DNA of 64,000 nt from an uncultured Chloroflexia bacterium (GTDB taxonomy: Bacteria; Chloroflexota; Limnocylindria; Limnocylindrales; CSP1-4): assembly GCA_963729175.1 (NCBI GenBank), contig CAVSMY010000009.1, forward strand, positions 158,365 through 222,364. Direction: 5' to 3'. The notes under the pieces are model-generated. The model searched no databases. It was not told where the DNA came from and saw only the letters and a list, made by a program, of their open reading frames with translations. Of this stretch, positions 1-9,659 are shown one piece after another (within the stretch, counting starts at the first letter, position 1; every line of letters begins with the position of its first letter). The position numbers were made by a program, and so were the translations under genes.

Positions 1-549
1 GAGGTCGGGCGGGCGACCCAGGCCTACCAGCGCGCGACCGACGGGTTCGACGACGCAGTCGGCGGCCTGCTCGACCTGAATCCGACCGACCTTCGCTGTC
101 TCGATTGGCTGACGGAGGGGCCGATGACGGTCGGGGAGCTCGGGGCCGCGGTCGGCCTCTCGAGCGCAGCGACGACGACCCTGCTCGATCGCCTCGAGCA
201 ACGTGGCCTCCTTCGGCGGACGCGTGACGCCTCCGACAGGCGAAAGGTCGTCGTCGAGATGACGGCCGAGGCCCAGGCCCGCGTCGGCGCGCTCTACGGT
301 CCGATCGCCGTCGAGGGAGCCCGGCTCCTCGGCCGGTTCAGCGACCGCGAGCTGGAGATGATCCGCGGCTTCCTCGAGGAAGCGACCGAGCTCGTCGATC
401 GGCACCGGGCACGAGTCGCCGCTGGTGCAGATGGCACGGCCGCCTCCTCGGGAGCGTCGAGCGCGACCCGAGCGTCGAGCGCGACCCGAGCGTCGAGCGC
501 GGCCCGAGCGTCGAACGCGGCCGGTCGTGACTCACGCGCCAGCCGCTGA
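1..549 (+). CDS. MarR family transcriptional regulator (5' end outside window)
   Basis: Frame 1 is open from base 1. Winged-HTH stretch LTEGPMTVGELGAAVGLSSAATTTLLDRLEQRGLLRRTRDASDRRKVVVEMT. C-terminal low-complexity tail. Confidence 0.8.
   Translation, partial: EVGRATQAYQRATDGFDDAVGGLLDLNPTDLRCLDWLTEGPMTVGELGAAVGLSSAATTTLLDRLEQRGLLRRTRDASDRRKVVVEMTAEAQARVGALYGPIAVEGARLLGRFSDRELEMIRGFLEEATELVDRHRARVAAGADGTAASSGASSATRASSATRASSAARASNAAGRDSRASR
454..525. repeat. 18-bp tandem repeat x4 (gcgtcgagcgcgacccga; last copies degenerate) encoding (ASSATR)n at the MarR C-terminus
   Basis: Read directly from the sequence. In frame (6 codons per unit). Confidence 0.85.
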
Positions 550-862
550 TCGGTCCCGCGACCCGCTCCGCTCCGCATGGCCCCTTCAACCTGCCGCCTT
601 TCCACGATCAGTGAACAGGACCGCGGCGTCCGGGGGTTTCCGGACCGTGGAGCGGGGTGCCGGGCCAGACACCGTGTGCTGCTGATGCCGCGGCACGCAC
701 GTTCGGGCATCAGGACCCGCACCCGAGACCGCTCGGCGTCCCTGAAGCCGACGATCCGGCCCCACCTGTTCGGTGATCGTGGAAGCGCGTGGGCCTCGGC
801 AACGTCGCGGCATCCGGCGCGCAGCCGCCCACGTTTCGGAAGGGACGAGCCGGTCCGTCGCC

Positions 863-1738
863 TCAGTCGCCGGTGAACCGGGGCGGTCGCTTCTCGACGA
901 ACGCCGCCAGGCCCTCGGCGTGGTCCGCGGTCCGGCCGGCGATGCCCTGGAAGATCGCCTCGCGCTCGAGCGCCGACTCGAGGTCCCCGTCCAGGCCATC
1001 GGCCAGCGCGCGCTTGGTCAGGGCGATCGCCCGGGGCGCGCCGTCGGCGAGCCGGAGGGCCAGCTCGCGAGCGGCCGCGGCCAGCTCCGCGTCCGGCACG
1101 ACCCGGTTCACGAGCCCGATCCGTAATGCCTCAGCGGCCCCCACCGGGTCACCGACGAGGGCGATCTCGGCGGCCCGTCCCAGGCCGACGAGACGGGCCA
1201 GCAGCCAGGTCGCCCCGCTGTCGGGTACCAGCCCGATCCGCCCGAAGGCGAGGATGAACGACGCGCTCTCGGCGGCGACCCGGAGGTCGCAGGCCATCGC
1301 CAGGGACGCCCCCGCGCCTGCCGCGACCCCGTTCACCGCCGCGATCGTCGGCTGTGGCATCGCGACGAGAGCCCGCACGAGCGGGATGTAGCGCTCCCGG
1401 ATCTCGACCTCCAGGGGCGGGGCATCGGGCGACAGCCGCTCCCGCAGATCCTGGCCGGCACAGAAGGCTCGGCCCGCCCCGGTCAGCACGACCGCGCGCA
1501 CCGCGCTGTCCCGCGCCAGACGCCGGAACGCCGCGGCCAGGTCGACCTTCGCCTCGGCCGTCAGGCTGTTCAGGGCCGTCGGTCGATCGAGGGTGATCGT
1601 CGCGACGCCGTCGGTGGTCTCGACCCGGATGGGCGGACGCGGCGCCTCGGCGCTCGGCTCGGCGCTCGGCCCGGCGCCCGCCTCGGCGCTCGGCTCCGGG
1701 CTCGGCTCGGCGCTCGGCTCGGGCGCCTCCGGGCTCAC
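863..1738 (-). CDS. enoyl-CoA hydratase/isomerase family protein
   Basis: Crotonase fold motifs VVLTGAGRAFCAGQDL and AAVNGVAAGAGASLAMACDLR. GTG at 1738 overlaps the upstream stop (GTGA). The N-terminal 34 aa is a PEPSAE-type repeat. Confidence 0.85.
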   Translation of the reverse strand: MSPEAPEPSAEPSPEPSAEAGAGPSAEPSAEAPRPPIRVETTDGVATITLDRPTALNSLTAEAKVDLAAAFRRLARDSAVRAVVLTGAGRAFCAGQDLRERLSPDAPPLEVEIRERYIPLVRALVAMPQPTIAAVNGVAAGAGASLAMACDLRVAAESASFILAFGRIGLVPDSGATWLLARLVGLGRAAEIALVGDPVGAAEALRIGLVNRVVPDAELAAAARELALRLADGAPRAIALTKRALADGLDGDLESALEREAIFQGIAGRTADHAEGLAAFVEKRPPRFTGD

Positions 1739-2574
1739 CCCGCGAAGGGCACGAGCTGCCCGTCGACGAGCTCGAACATCCGGCGCTCGATCGGCTCGTC
1801 GGCGTGGCCGGACTGCTCGACGACGAAGTCGGCGATCATCGCCGCGAAGCCCGGATCGTCCGGTCGCAGTGCGCCGGCGATGAGCAGGTGCCGCTCCGGC
1901 AACCCGACCAGCACCCGGCCCTCGCCGCCCAGCTCGGCGGCCAGATGGGCGAGCACGTCGGGCAGGACGACCCGTGATGCGTCCCAGCCCTCGCCGGTCT
2001 GGGAGGAGATGAGCCGGTGGCTGTCCGAGCGCTCGTCGGTCCACGGCGCCGTCGCGGACCAGGCCACGAGGTTCGCGATCGCGGCGTCCTGGACCGTCTC
2101 GGTCGAGACGCCCCAGGTGAGCAGATGGTCGGCGCTGATGATCACGTCGAACCCACCCGACGCCATCGCATAGACGACGGCCAGGCCGCCCGGCCCGTCA
2201 TCGACCAGCGGCTCGGCATGGGCCTTCAGTCCGGCCGCCGCGAGACCCGCGGCATCGAGACCCTCGACCCGGACCCCGGGCGTCCCGGCGGGCCGGAGGA
2301 GCGGGAAGACCCGCGGGGCCGCCGCCGTCCAGTCCTGCTCCGGCGAGTCGAGGATCGAGGGTCCGCCGACGGCTGCCACGGCTGGCTGATGTCCACTGAC
2401 CGGCGAGTCCGGGTCGATCGGCGCGAGCGGATCGGGCGCCGTGTCGCGCCACGCCGGTGGCGGCTCGTCGCCGAAGTCCCGCCAGCGATCGGCGCCGACA
2501 TCGCTCGCCGGCCGGACTGGCCCGGATGGGTCCCGCAGCTCCGGGTCGTCCGAGGGCCACTGGTCGCGTTCCAT
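1735..2574 (-). CDS. hypothetical protein (conserved-looking, acidic N-terminus)
   Basis: 279-aa ORF with strong RBS (AAGGAGGAA) 5 nt upstream of ATG 2574. GC3-rich codon usage. Translationally coupled to the downstream hydratase. Confidence 0.6.
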   Translation of the reverse strand: MERDQWPSDDPELRDPSGPVRPASDVGADRWRDFGDEPPPAWRDTAPDPLAPIDPDSPVSGHQPAVAAVGGPSILDSPEQDWTAAAPRVFPLLRPAGTPGVRVEGLDAAGLAAAGLKAHAEPLVDDGPGGLAVVYAMASGGFDVIISADHLLTWGVSTETVQDAAIANLVAWSATAPWTDERSDSHRLISSQTGEGWDASRVVLPDVLAHLAAELGGEGRVLVGLPERHLLIAGALRPDDPGFAAMIADFVVEQSGHADEPIERRMFELVDGQLVPFAG

Positions 2575-2608
2575 CCGTTCCTCCTTCAGCCGCCCACCCG
2601 GCGGGCCG

Positions 2609-3463
2609 TCACCGGCCCGACCAGACGGGTCGTCGCTTCTCGACGAACGCGGCCATCCCCTCGGCCTGGTCCGCCGTCGCGAAGAGCTCGAAGAACCGCT
2701 GCCGCTCGCGCGACAGCCCCACCGACAACGGCAGCTCCTCGGCCGCTCGGACCGCCTGCTTCGCCGCTCGGATCGCGATCGGAGGCCCGGCGGCGATCCG
2801 CTCGGCCAGGTCGAGGGCCTCCCGGAGCGTCGCTTCCGCCGGGACGACCCGAGTGACGATCCCGAGCGACTCCGCCTCGCGTGCCGGGATCGTCCGGCCG
2901 GTCAGGACGATCTCCATCGCCTTGGCGGGTCCGGCGCGGCGGGTCAGGCGCTGCGTCCCACCGGCACCTGGGATGACGCCGATCGTGATCTCCGGCTGAC
3001 CGAAGACCGCATCATGGCCGGCGACGACGATGTCGCAGGCCATGGCGAGCTCGCAGCCACCCCCGAGCGCGTACCCGCGGACCGCGGCGACGATCGGGAC
3101 GCCGATGGCGTCGATGCGCCCCCAGGCATCGAACCCGTGGCCCTCGGCCAGCGACAGGGGCGTCTGGTCGGCCAGCTCCTTGATGTCCGCCCCGGCGGCG
3201 AAGGCCCGTTCCCCGGCACCGCTCAGGACGACACACCGGACATCGGGATCCGCGTCCAGGCGCTCGAGGGTGTCGGCGAGCTCCGCGAGGAGGGCGAAGG
3301 ACAGGGCATTCATCGCCGTGGGGCGGTCGAGCCGGACCAGCGCGACGCCGGCGATGACGGCGCCAGCCGGGCCGTCGGGCCGGATCGCGGGGACGTCGAC
3401 CAGCACGGTCCGCTCGCCGATGTCGCCCGCGCGCTCGCTCACCGCCGCCACCGTCGCCTCCAC
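2609..3463 (-). CDS. enoyl-CoA hydratase (crotonase family)
   Basis: Motifs [19 protein letters not shown] and [23 protein letters not shown]. The start is uncertain: several in-frame GTGs lie between 3430 and 3463. The longer ORF to 3724 would overlap the EthD gene. Confidence 0.85.
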   Translation of the reverse strand: MEATVAAVSERAGDIGERTVLVDVPAIRPDGPAGAVIAGVALVRLDRPTAMNALSFALLAELADTLERLDADPDVRCVVLSGAGERAFAAGADIKELADQTPLSLAEGHGFDAWGRIDAIGVPIVAAVRGYALGGGCELAMACDIVVAGHDAVFGQPEITIGVIPGAGGTQRLTRRAGPAKAMEIVLTGRTIPAREAESLGIVTRVVPAEATLREALDLAERIAAGPPIAIRAAKQAVRAAEELPLSVGLSRERQRFFELFATADQAEGMAAFVEKRRPVWSGR

Positions 3464-3530
3464 CTGGCTGGTGCCGGTCAGTATGGCGGACCGGGTCCAG
3501 CCGATGAGTGGCTGGTGCGGTCCCCGTGGG

Positions 3531-3869
3531 TCAGCGCCAGCCGTCGGGGACGAGCTCCGCGGCCGACCCGGCGATGAGGAACGTCCCCAGCCCCGGGGCG
3601 ATCTCGCGCAGGTTCCGTCCGGCCGCGCGCATCGCGTCCGAGGCGAGCCCTGCGTCCAGCGCCGCGTGGTCGTCGAAGTCCATCTCGGTGATGACGGCGA
3701 GGTCTGTTTCCGCGCCCAGCGCACCGGCCACCCGGAGGACCCGCAGGGCGCGCAGCCCCGGCGTCTCGATCACGAGCGGCAAGTGCGTCTCGGCGTAGGC
3801 CCGCTCGAACGCGGCGAGGGCATCGGGACCGCCGTCGGGTCGACGGAACAAGGCGACGAGCGTGGTCAT
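3531..3869 (-). CDS. EthD family reductase
   Basis: 112 aa, [13 protein letters not shown]...[13 protein letters not shown]...[14 protein letters not shown] pattern typical of EthD/TIGR02118-like proteins. Confidence 0.75.
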   Translation of the reverse strand: MTTLVALFRRPDGGPDALAAFERAYAETHLPLVIETPGLRALRVLRVAGALGAETDLAVITEMDFDDHAALDAGLASDAMRAAGRNLREIAPGLGTFLIAGSAAELVPDGWR

Positions 3870-4022
3870 GGGTCGGGCCTCCGATCCTCGTGTCTCGGGT
3901 CGCGGATCGATGTCGACGACGGTAGCTCAGGCGTCGCCCGCCCGCCCGCCGTGCCGTGCCGCCGCCCGCCCGCCGCGGCGCCGCCCGCCGCGGCCTCGCC
4001 CGCCCCGCGCTACGATCGAAGC

Positions 4023-5430
4023 GTGACCGACGAGACCCCGACCCGCATGGAACGCGACTCGATGGGCGAGATGGCCGTCCCCGCCGATGCCCTGTACGGG
4101 GCGACGACCCAGCGTGCCGTCCTGAACTTCCCGATCTCCGGCGAGCGGCTGCCACGCCGGTTCCTCCAGTCGCTCGCGTTTGATCAAGCGGGCCGCCGCC
4201 GAGACGAACGCGGCGCTCGGCCTGCTCGACCCGGCCAAGGCCGACGCGATCGCGCTCGGCGCCCAGGCCGTCGCCGACGGGGGCTATGACGAGCAGTTCC
4301 CGATCGACGTCTACCAGACCGGCTCGGGCACCTCGACGAACATGAACGCCAACGAGGTGATCGCCCATCTCGCTGCGCGGCACCTCGCCGCCGGAGCGAA
4401 GGTCCATCCGAACGACGACGTGAACCTCGGCCAGAGCAGCAACGACGTCATCCCGACGGCCCTCCAGCTCTCGGCCGCGATCGCGATCGAGGAGGACCTG
4501 CTGCCGGCCCTCGAGCGGCTTCATACCGCGCTCGTCGTGAAGGAGCACGAGCTGTGGGAGGTCGTGAAGACCGGCCGGACCCATCTCCAGGACGCGACGC
4601 CGATCCGGCTCGGCCAGGAGTTCCGGGGCTACGCCGGCCAGGTCGAGGAGGCGATCCGGCGGGCCCGCGCGGCCCAGGCGGAGCTGCTCGTCGTGCCGCT
4701 CGGCGGGACAGCCGTCGGGACCGGCATCAACACCCACCCCGAGTTCGCCCTCCGCACGACCGCGCGGCTCTCGGAGCTCACCGGGCTCGACGTGCGCGAG
4801 ACGACGAACCACTTCCACGCCCAGTCGACCCTCGACGCGACGATCGCCGCGCATGGCGCGATCCGGACGATCGCCCTGTCACTCTGGAAGATCGCCAGCG
4901 ACCTGCGGCTGATGGGGATGGGCCCACGGGCCGGCATCGCCGAGCTCGCCCTGCCGGAGACCCAGCCGGGCTCATCGATCATGCCCGGCAAGGTGAACCC
5001 CGTGATCATCGAGAGCCTGACGATGGTCGTCGCCCGGGTCGTCGGCAACGACGCGACGATCGGCTTCGCCCAGACCGGCAGCCTCCTCGAGCTCAACGTC
5101 ATGCTGCCGGTCGCGACCGTCGCGATCCTCGAGTCGATCACGCTCCTCGGCGCCGCGGCATCGAACTTCGCGGAGCGCTGCGTGTCGGGCATCGTCGCGA
5201 CCGATCGCGGGCCGCTGCTCGTCGAGCAGGGACTGATGCTCGCGACCGCACTCGCGCCGGTCATCGGCTACGACGAGGCGGCGAAGCTCGCGAAGGACGC
5301 CCACAAGAGCGGCCGGACGATCCGCGAGCTCGCCCGGGAGCGCGGCCTGAGCGAGGCCCAGCTCGACGAGCTGCTGGATCCCGCCCGGATGACAGAGCCC
5401 GGCCTGGGCGGTGGGCCCGCGGGCGGCTGA
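4023..5430 (+). pseudogene. class II fumarate hydratase / aspartate ammonia-lyase family lyase, frame broken at about 4179-4181
   Basis: The N-terminus ...[45 protein letters not shown] is in frame 0. The rest ([15 protein letters not shown]..., VYQTGSGTSTNMNANEV, GSSIMPGKVNP) is in frame +1. Removing one T from the TTT run at 4179-4181 restores SLALIKRAAA. Confidence 0.85.
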
Positions 5431-5459
5431 CGCCGCGGGCTGACCCCGGCTCCGTGATC

Positions 5460-6178
5460 TCAGGCCACGGCCATCCCGTCGCCGTGCCGTTGCCGGTCGC
5501 GCCACTCGAGCAGCCCGACGAGCGTCCAGGCGGACCCGCTGAGGAGCCAGCCCCAGGCGGTCGGGAGGACGAGCCCGACTCCGGCGACGACCAGCAGCGG
5601 TCCGACGGCGGTGTCACCGGAGGCGATCAGTCGGAGACCCACCGCCACCGTCCCGATGGCCGCGACCGCCTGGGCGATCGCCGTCGGCGGGCCGTACATC
5701 GAGCCGCTGGCAGCCAGCAAGAGCGTGACGGCCCAGGCGAGATGCCCGAGGACTGCCAGATCGATCGCGACGGCCGCGGCCCGCCCTCCCCCGTCGCCGC
5801 CGCGCAGCCAGGCACCCACCGAGGCGACGGTCAGGACCGTGGCGGCGAGCGCAGCCGGGATCAGCGTCTCCTCGAGGTAGTAGGGCCAGTCCGGCAGGAC
5901 CGGCTGGCTCACGACGCCGAGCGCGACGACGCACAGCATCGCTCCGCCGGACAGGGCCGTGAGCGGGGCGGTCGCCGAGCGCCGCGGCGGATGGAGCCAG
6001 GCGTCGAGGGCGCCGCGGACCAGGTCGAGCGTCACCGTTCGGCCACCGCCGCGATCGTCGAGGAGGGCCTCCATCTCGTCGCCGAACCGACGACGCCACC
6101 AGCGTGGATAGAGGCGGAGGATCCCGGGTCCCGGACCACGCCGCCTTCCGGACTCCGGAGCGCGCTGGCCCGTCAACC
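5460..6178 (-). CDS. membrane protein with PadR-associated N-terminal motif (paralog of 7357-7930)
   Basis: N-terminus LRLYPRWWRRRFGDEMEALLDD...DLVRGALDAWLHPP followed by about 5 predicted TM helices. The start is unclear: a TTG at about 6178 overlaps the Rieske stop. Confidence 0.6.
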
Positions 6179-6866
6179 GCAGCCGTCCGCCACGCGTGGC
6201 GGGATCACGCCTGGCTGCCCGAGGGCGATGGGCAGCGGCCCGAGCGTCCGGTGGGTCGTGTCGATCGTCAGGACGCCGTGACCCGTCGACCGACACGGCG
6301 AACCGATCCATGCCCCGCGGCGCCGGCCCGAACCGTGTCCCCTCGGGCTTGATGCCGAACCGGTCATAGCGCGACTGGTGACACGGGCAGTGGAACCAGA
6401 AGTCGGCGACGCACGGGTTCGGACGGCACCCGAGATGGGGACAGACCTGGGACAGCGCCCGGACATTCACGCTCGTCCCGTCGCCGGTCGCGTCCTGCCC
6501 GGGCAGGAACGCCCCGATGGTCGGCTCGACCACGACGATGAAGGCTCGAGCGGCGGCGACGTAGGCCGGGAAGCCCTCCGCGACGGGGACGCCGGGGTTC
6601 GCCGCGATGATGTCGGCGAGGGTCCCGACACGGACGATCGGCGTGGCCCCGGACAGCGCGGACCAGACGAAGCTCAGCGACCCGCCGACAGCCTCGAACG
6701 CGACGACAGCCGACTCCGACCGCGACCGAGCCGTCGCAGGAGTGTCCGGCGCGAGATGCCGGTGACCTGTGACGCACGCAGCGACCGGAGCGCGGGACCA
6801 GCCAGCGCGTCGATCGGGCGGCGTCCTGTCGCCGGACGAGCGGCCGCGGGATCGATCGGTCGGCAT
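6173..6866 (-). pseudogene. Rieske (2Fe-2S) protein, QcrA-like, frame broken at about 6282-6284
   Basis: Rieske ligands CPHLGC...CPCHQSRY. ...GPAPRGMDRFAVSVDG is in one frame and HGVLTIDTTHRTLGPLPIALGQPGVIPP in another. Removing one G from the GGG run restores VDGHGVLTID. Confidence 0.75.
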
Positions 6867-6873
6867 CGCATCC

Positions 6874-7192
6874 CTAGGTCCGGTCGCCGAGGCGCTGGAG
6901 ACCGGTCCGGGCGAACCCGGCGAGGCCCTCCAGCTGTGTCCGGAGTGTGGATCGCGCCCAGACCGGTGAGACGGTACGGGCGCCGACGGTCGACCGGCTC
7001 GAGCGCCTCGATGAGGCCCCGCCGCTCAAGACGCGACAGCGCCCCGTACAGCGTCCCGGGCCCGAGCGGATGACCGGTCATCGCCTCGACGTCGGTCATG
7101 ATCGCGTAGCCGTGCTTCGGCCCGTCGCCCAGCGAGACCAGGATGTACAGGGACGGCTCGGCGAACCGTCCGAGCTCGGTCAGCGGGGTCAT
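6874..7192 (-). pseudogene. PadR family transcriptional regulator, frame broken at about 6957-6959
   Basis: SLYILVSLGDGPKHGYAIMTDVEAMTGHPLGPGTLYGALSRLERRGLIEALE...RRPYRLT. The C-terminal helix ARSTLRTQLEGLAGFARTGLQRLGDRT* is in the +1 frame. Confidence 0.8.
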
Positions 7193-7356
7193 GCCGGGAC
7201 CTCCTCGACAGCGGGGCCCGGGGCATCGTCGAACGTGGGACTGCCTCGCAGCGCCATCACCAGCCCGACCAGCGATCCATGCCAGCCCGTACGGCAGGAC
7301 GAGCGCGACGGCGAGAAGGGTGTCATCGTCGGCGCCCGGCTTCGCCCCAACGGCGG

Positions 7357-7930
7357 TCAGTCCCGCACCACGAGGAACTCGGGCACGATCGCCGCGATGA
7401 CAAAGGCCCAGCGCAGTCGAGCCGGCAGACCCGCCCGTGCGGCGGCTAGACCGAGCATCCCGGCGGCGATCAGGAGGACGAGCGCGATCGAGGTCGGCCC
7501 GGCGACGGGCCAGTCGAGCAGCGCGGTCACGACGACGAGCCCGATCCCGACGGCGAAGCCCCAGCCGATCTGCCGCTGGTAGTGCTCGAAGTACGTGCCC
7601 GGCAGGCTGACGACCGCAAGGAAGAACGCGATCAGCGGCAGGAAGGCGAACGCGCCCCATTCGTAAGGGTCGACGAGAGGGACCGCGATCCCGATGAAGA
7701 AGGCGCAGTACGCCAGACCGGCGGCCAGCGCGAGCAGGCCGGGCAGCCGGTGCGTCGCTCGGATCGGTTCCCCGCCGTAGACCGGCGGGTGGAGATGCGC
7801 GTCGAGCGCGCCGCGGACCACATCGAGGCGGTCGAGCAGGCTCGGCGGGCGGGCCTCCAGGAGGTCTGCGAGCTCGTCGACCGTAGCGTCGCCGCCAGGC
7901 CGACGGGTAGAGATCGACGAGTCGGCTCAT
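7357..7930 (-). pseudogene. membrane protein with PadR-associated N-terminal motif, frame broken at about 7880
   Basis: MSRLVDLYPSAWRRRYG (ATG 7930) continues in another frame as DELADLLEARPPSLLDRLDVVRGALDAHLHPP, followed by 4-5 TM helices (ORF 7357-7821). Confidence 0.65.
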
Positions 7931-8153
7931 GACGGTGTCTCCATCCTACGCCGGTCGTCCGGTAGACGGGGCGTTCCGATGCTGGGCCGGATCCGACGAT
8001 CCGGCCCTCCCGCTCCAGGCGGGTGAGCGCCGCGAGGAGCGTCCCGTGTCCCACGCGGCCGTCCAGACCGCGGACCTCGTCGAGCAGCTCGGGCAGCGTG
8101 CGCGGCCGCCTTCCGAGGGCCACGAGGACTCCAAGTGGCACGGTCGTGTCCAT
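7927..8153 (-). CDS. small PadR-like winged-helix regulator (3' end uncertain)
   Basis: LGVLVALGRRPRTLPELLDEVRGLDGRVGHGTLLAALTRLEREGRIV...PVYRTT. The annotated frame stays open to 7632, across the next gene. A shift near 7950 would give a TGA overlapping the next ATG. Confidence 0.5.
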
Positions 8154-8183
8154 CGCGGCCTCATCCGACTCCAGGTCCTCCGG

Positions 8184-8747
8184 TCAGCCGGCGGCGATGA
8201 CGCCGCAGGCGATCCGGGCACCGCTGTTGCCGGTCGGGTTGTCACCTGGTCGTCCTCGGCCGCGTGGATGATCACCGCGCTGCCATCGGCATCGAAGAGG
8301 CTCACCGGCCCGGCCGTGAGCGTGGCCAGTGCGGTCGTCACATCCAGGTGCCCGACGCCCGCTGCCATTGACGACAGGTTCGGCAGGTCGCCGGCATGCG
8401 CGCCGGTCGGGCTCGCCGAGCCCATGATCGTGCCGGAGTGGGTTGTGATGCCCGCCCGCGGACGAGAACGTCGGCGTCGTCCCGAGGTCGCAGCGAGCGA
8501 TAGCGTGCAGGTGGATGCCATGAAGGCCCGCGGCGCCAGGCCCTTGACGTGGACGTTGATGTGGACGGTCCCCGTCGAGTCCTCGGTCAGCTGTGGCCCA
8601 GCCGACTCGGCGCCGCTGGCATCGACGAGTCGGGCTTCGGCCCGGCGTCGCCGACGCGCTCGCCACGGATGCCACGGTCGCCACCATGAGCCACGGCGGC
8701 GGCGACCGCCACCGCCGAAAGACCGACCGTCCTCGACTCGTTCGCAT
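8184..8747 (-). pseudogene. sodC: Cu/Zn superoxide dismutase with at least 3 internal frame switches
   Basis: SodC motifs are split between two frames. Frame X carries GLHGIHLHAIARCD...FSSAGGHHNP...HDHG and NPTGNSGARIACGVIAAG*. Frame Y carries GTVHINVHVKGL, GAHAGDLPNL and SLFDADGSAVIIHAAEDDQV. Switches are near 8527, 8421 and 8243. RBS GGAGGGGAG precedes ATG 8747. Confidence 0.8.
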
Positions 8748-8785
8748 CTCGCTCCCCTCCTCGGCGGACGTCGCTCGTTCGCCGT

Positions 8786-8818
8786 TATACCGTGATGTGG
8801 TATATCACTATGCGATAT
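8786..8818. promoter_or_regulatory. overlapping inverted repeats in the AT-rich sodC / LolA-like divergent promoter region
   Basis: TATACC-N7-GGTATA (8786-8804) and ATATC-N7-GATAT (8802-8818), read directly. This is one of the few AT-rich stretches seen in the window. Confidence 0.5.
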
Positions 8819-8866
8819 ATACACCCGGATGCGCGGGTGTCAAGGCCCCTGCTACGTTCGGCCGCG

Positions 8867-9659
8867 ATGACCTCCACCCGTCTCTGGGATCGTGCCGCCG
8901 CGCTCCCTGCCGTCTCTGACGGGGATCGACCGCGAGCCGAGGTCCCGGCGCTTCCCGCCGACAGCCTGCCGACGCGTCGAGGAGCTGTTCACGTTCATGC
9001 GCGACGCGGAGCTCCGGTTCGGGACGCTCCGGCTGCGGATCGAGGAGCGGACCGGCGGCGCCGAGAGGCCTCCGACTCGTCGCGATGGACCTGATGCTCC
9101 GCCACCCGGGCGAGGCGAAGGTCGTCACGGCCGAGCCGAAGGACGGTGCCGCGTTCGGCGACTACGAGCTCTGGATCAGCGACGGCGAGACCGTCCGGAC
9201 GTACGTCTCGACCCACCGGCTCGGCACCCGCCGCCCCATCCGGCGGCGCGTGGTCGGCCTCGCTGACCGCGACCTGCCGGGCTTCGCGAAGGTCTACGAG
9301 CCGCTGACGGCGCTGCCCCAGGAGACGCTCCCGGAGGCGTTCGTCCACCCGCCGGCTACTGCCAGAACGTCCTGGCGACGGGCGTCTGCCGGGTGACCGG
9401 CATCACCGAGGTCGCCGGTCGGACCAGCGTCGTGCTGGTCTGCGACCACCCCCGGACGACCGAGATCGCGGGCGATCGGCCCGACCACCGGATCGAGATC
9501 GCCGTCGACCGCGACAGCGGGATCATCTCGCGCCTCGTCGAGTCGATCGGCGGGGTCGAGACCCGGCGGGCCGAGGCCACCGCGATCCAGCCGGATGCCC
9601 CGCTCCCGCCATCGGCCTTCGAGTTCGAATTTCCGGCCGGGACGACCTTCATCTACTAG
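8867..9659 (+). pseudogene. LolA-like / lipoprotein-carrier-fold hypothetical protein with at least 2 frame switches
   Basis: Three ORFs join into one protein. The pieces are ...VEELFTFMRDAELRFGTLRLRIEERTGGAE, then LRLVAMDLMLRHPGEAKVV...DYELWISDGETVRTY...EAFVHP, then AGYCQNVLATGVCRVTGITEVAGRTSVVLV...SAFEFEFPAGTTFIY*. Switches are near 9069 and 9348. The start is ambiguous (8867 or 8892). Confidence 0.55.

Noticed and set aside
4170-4190. Programmed ribosomal frameshifting or recoding as an explanation for the broken genes
   Set aside because: No slippery heptamer or downstream structure pattern is shared among the sites. The breaks occur in both directions, often at simple G/C or T runs, and in unrelated genes.
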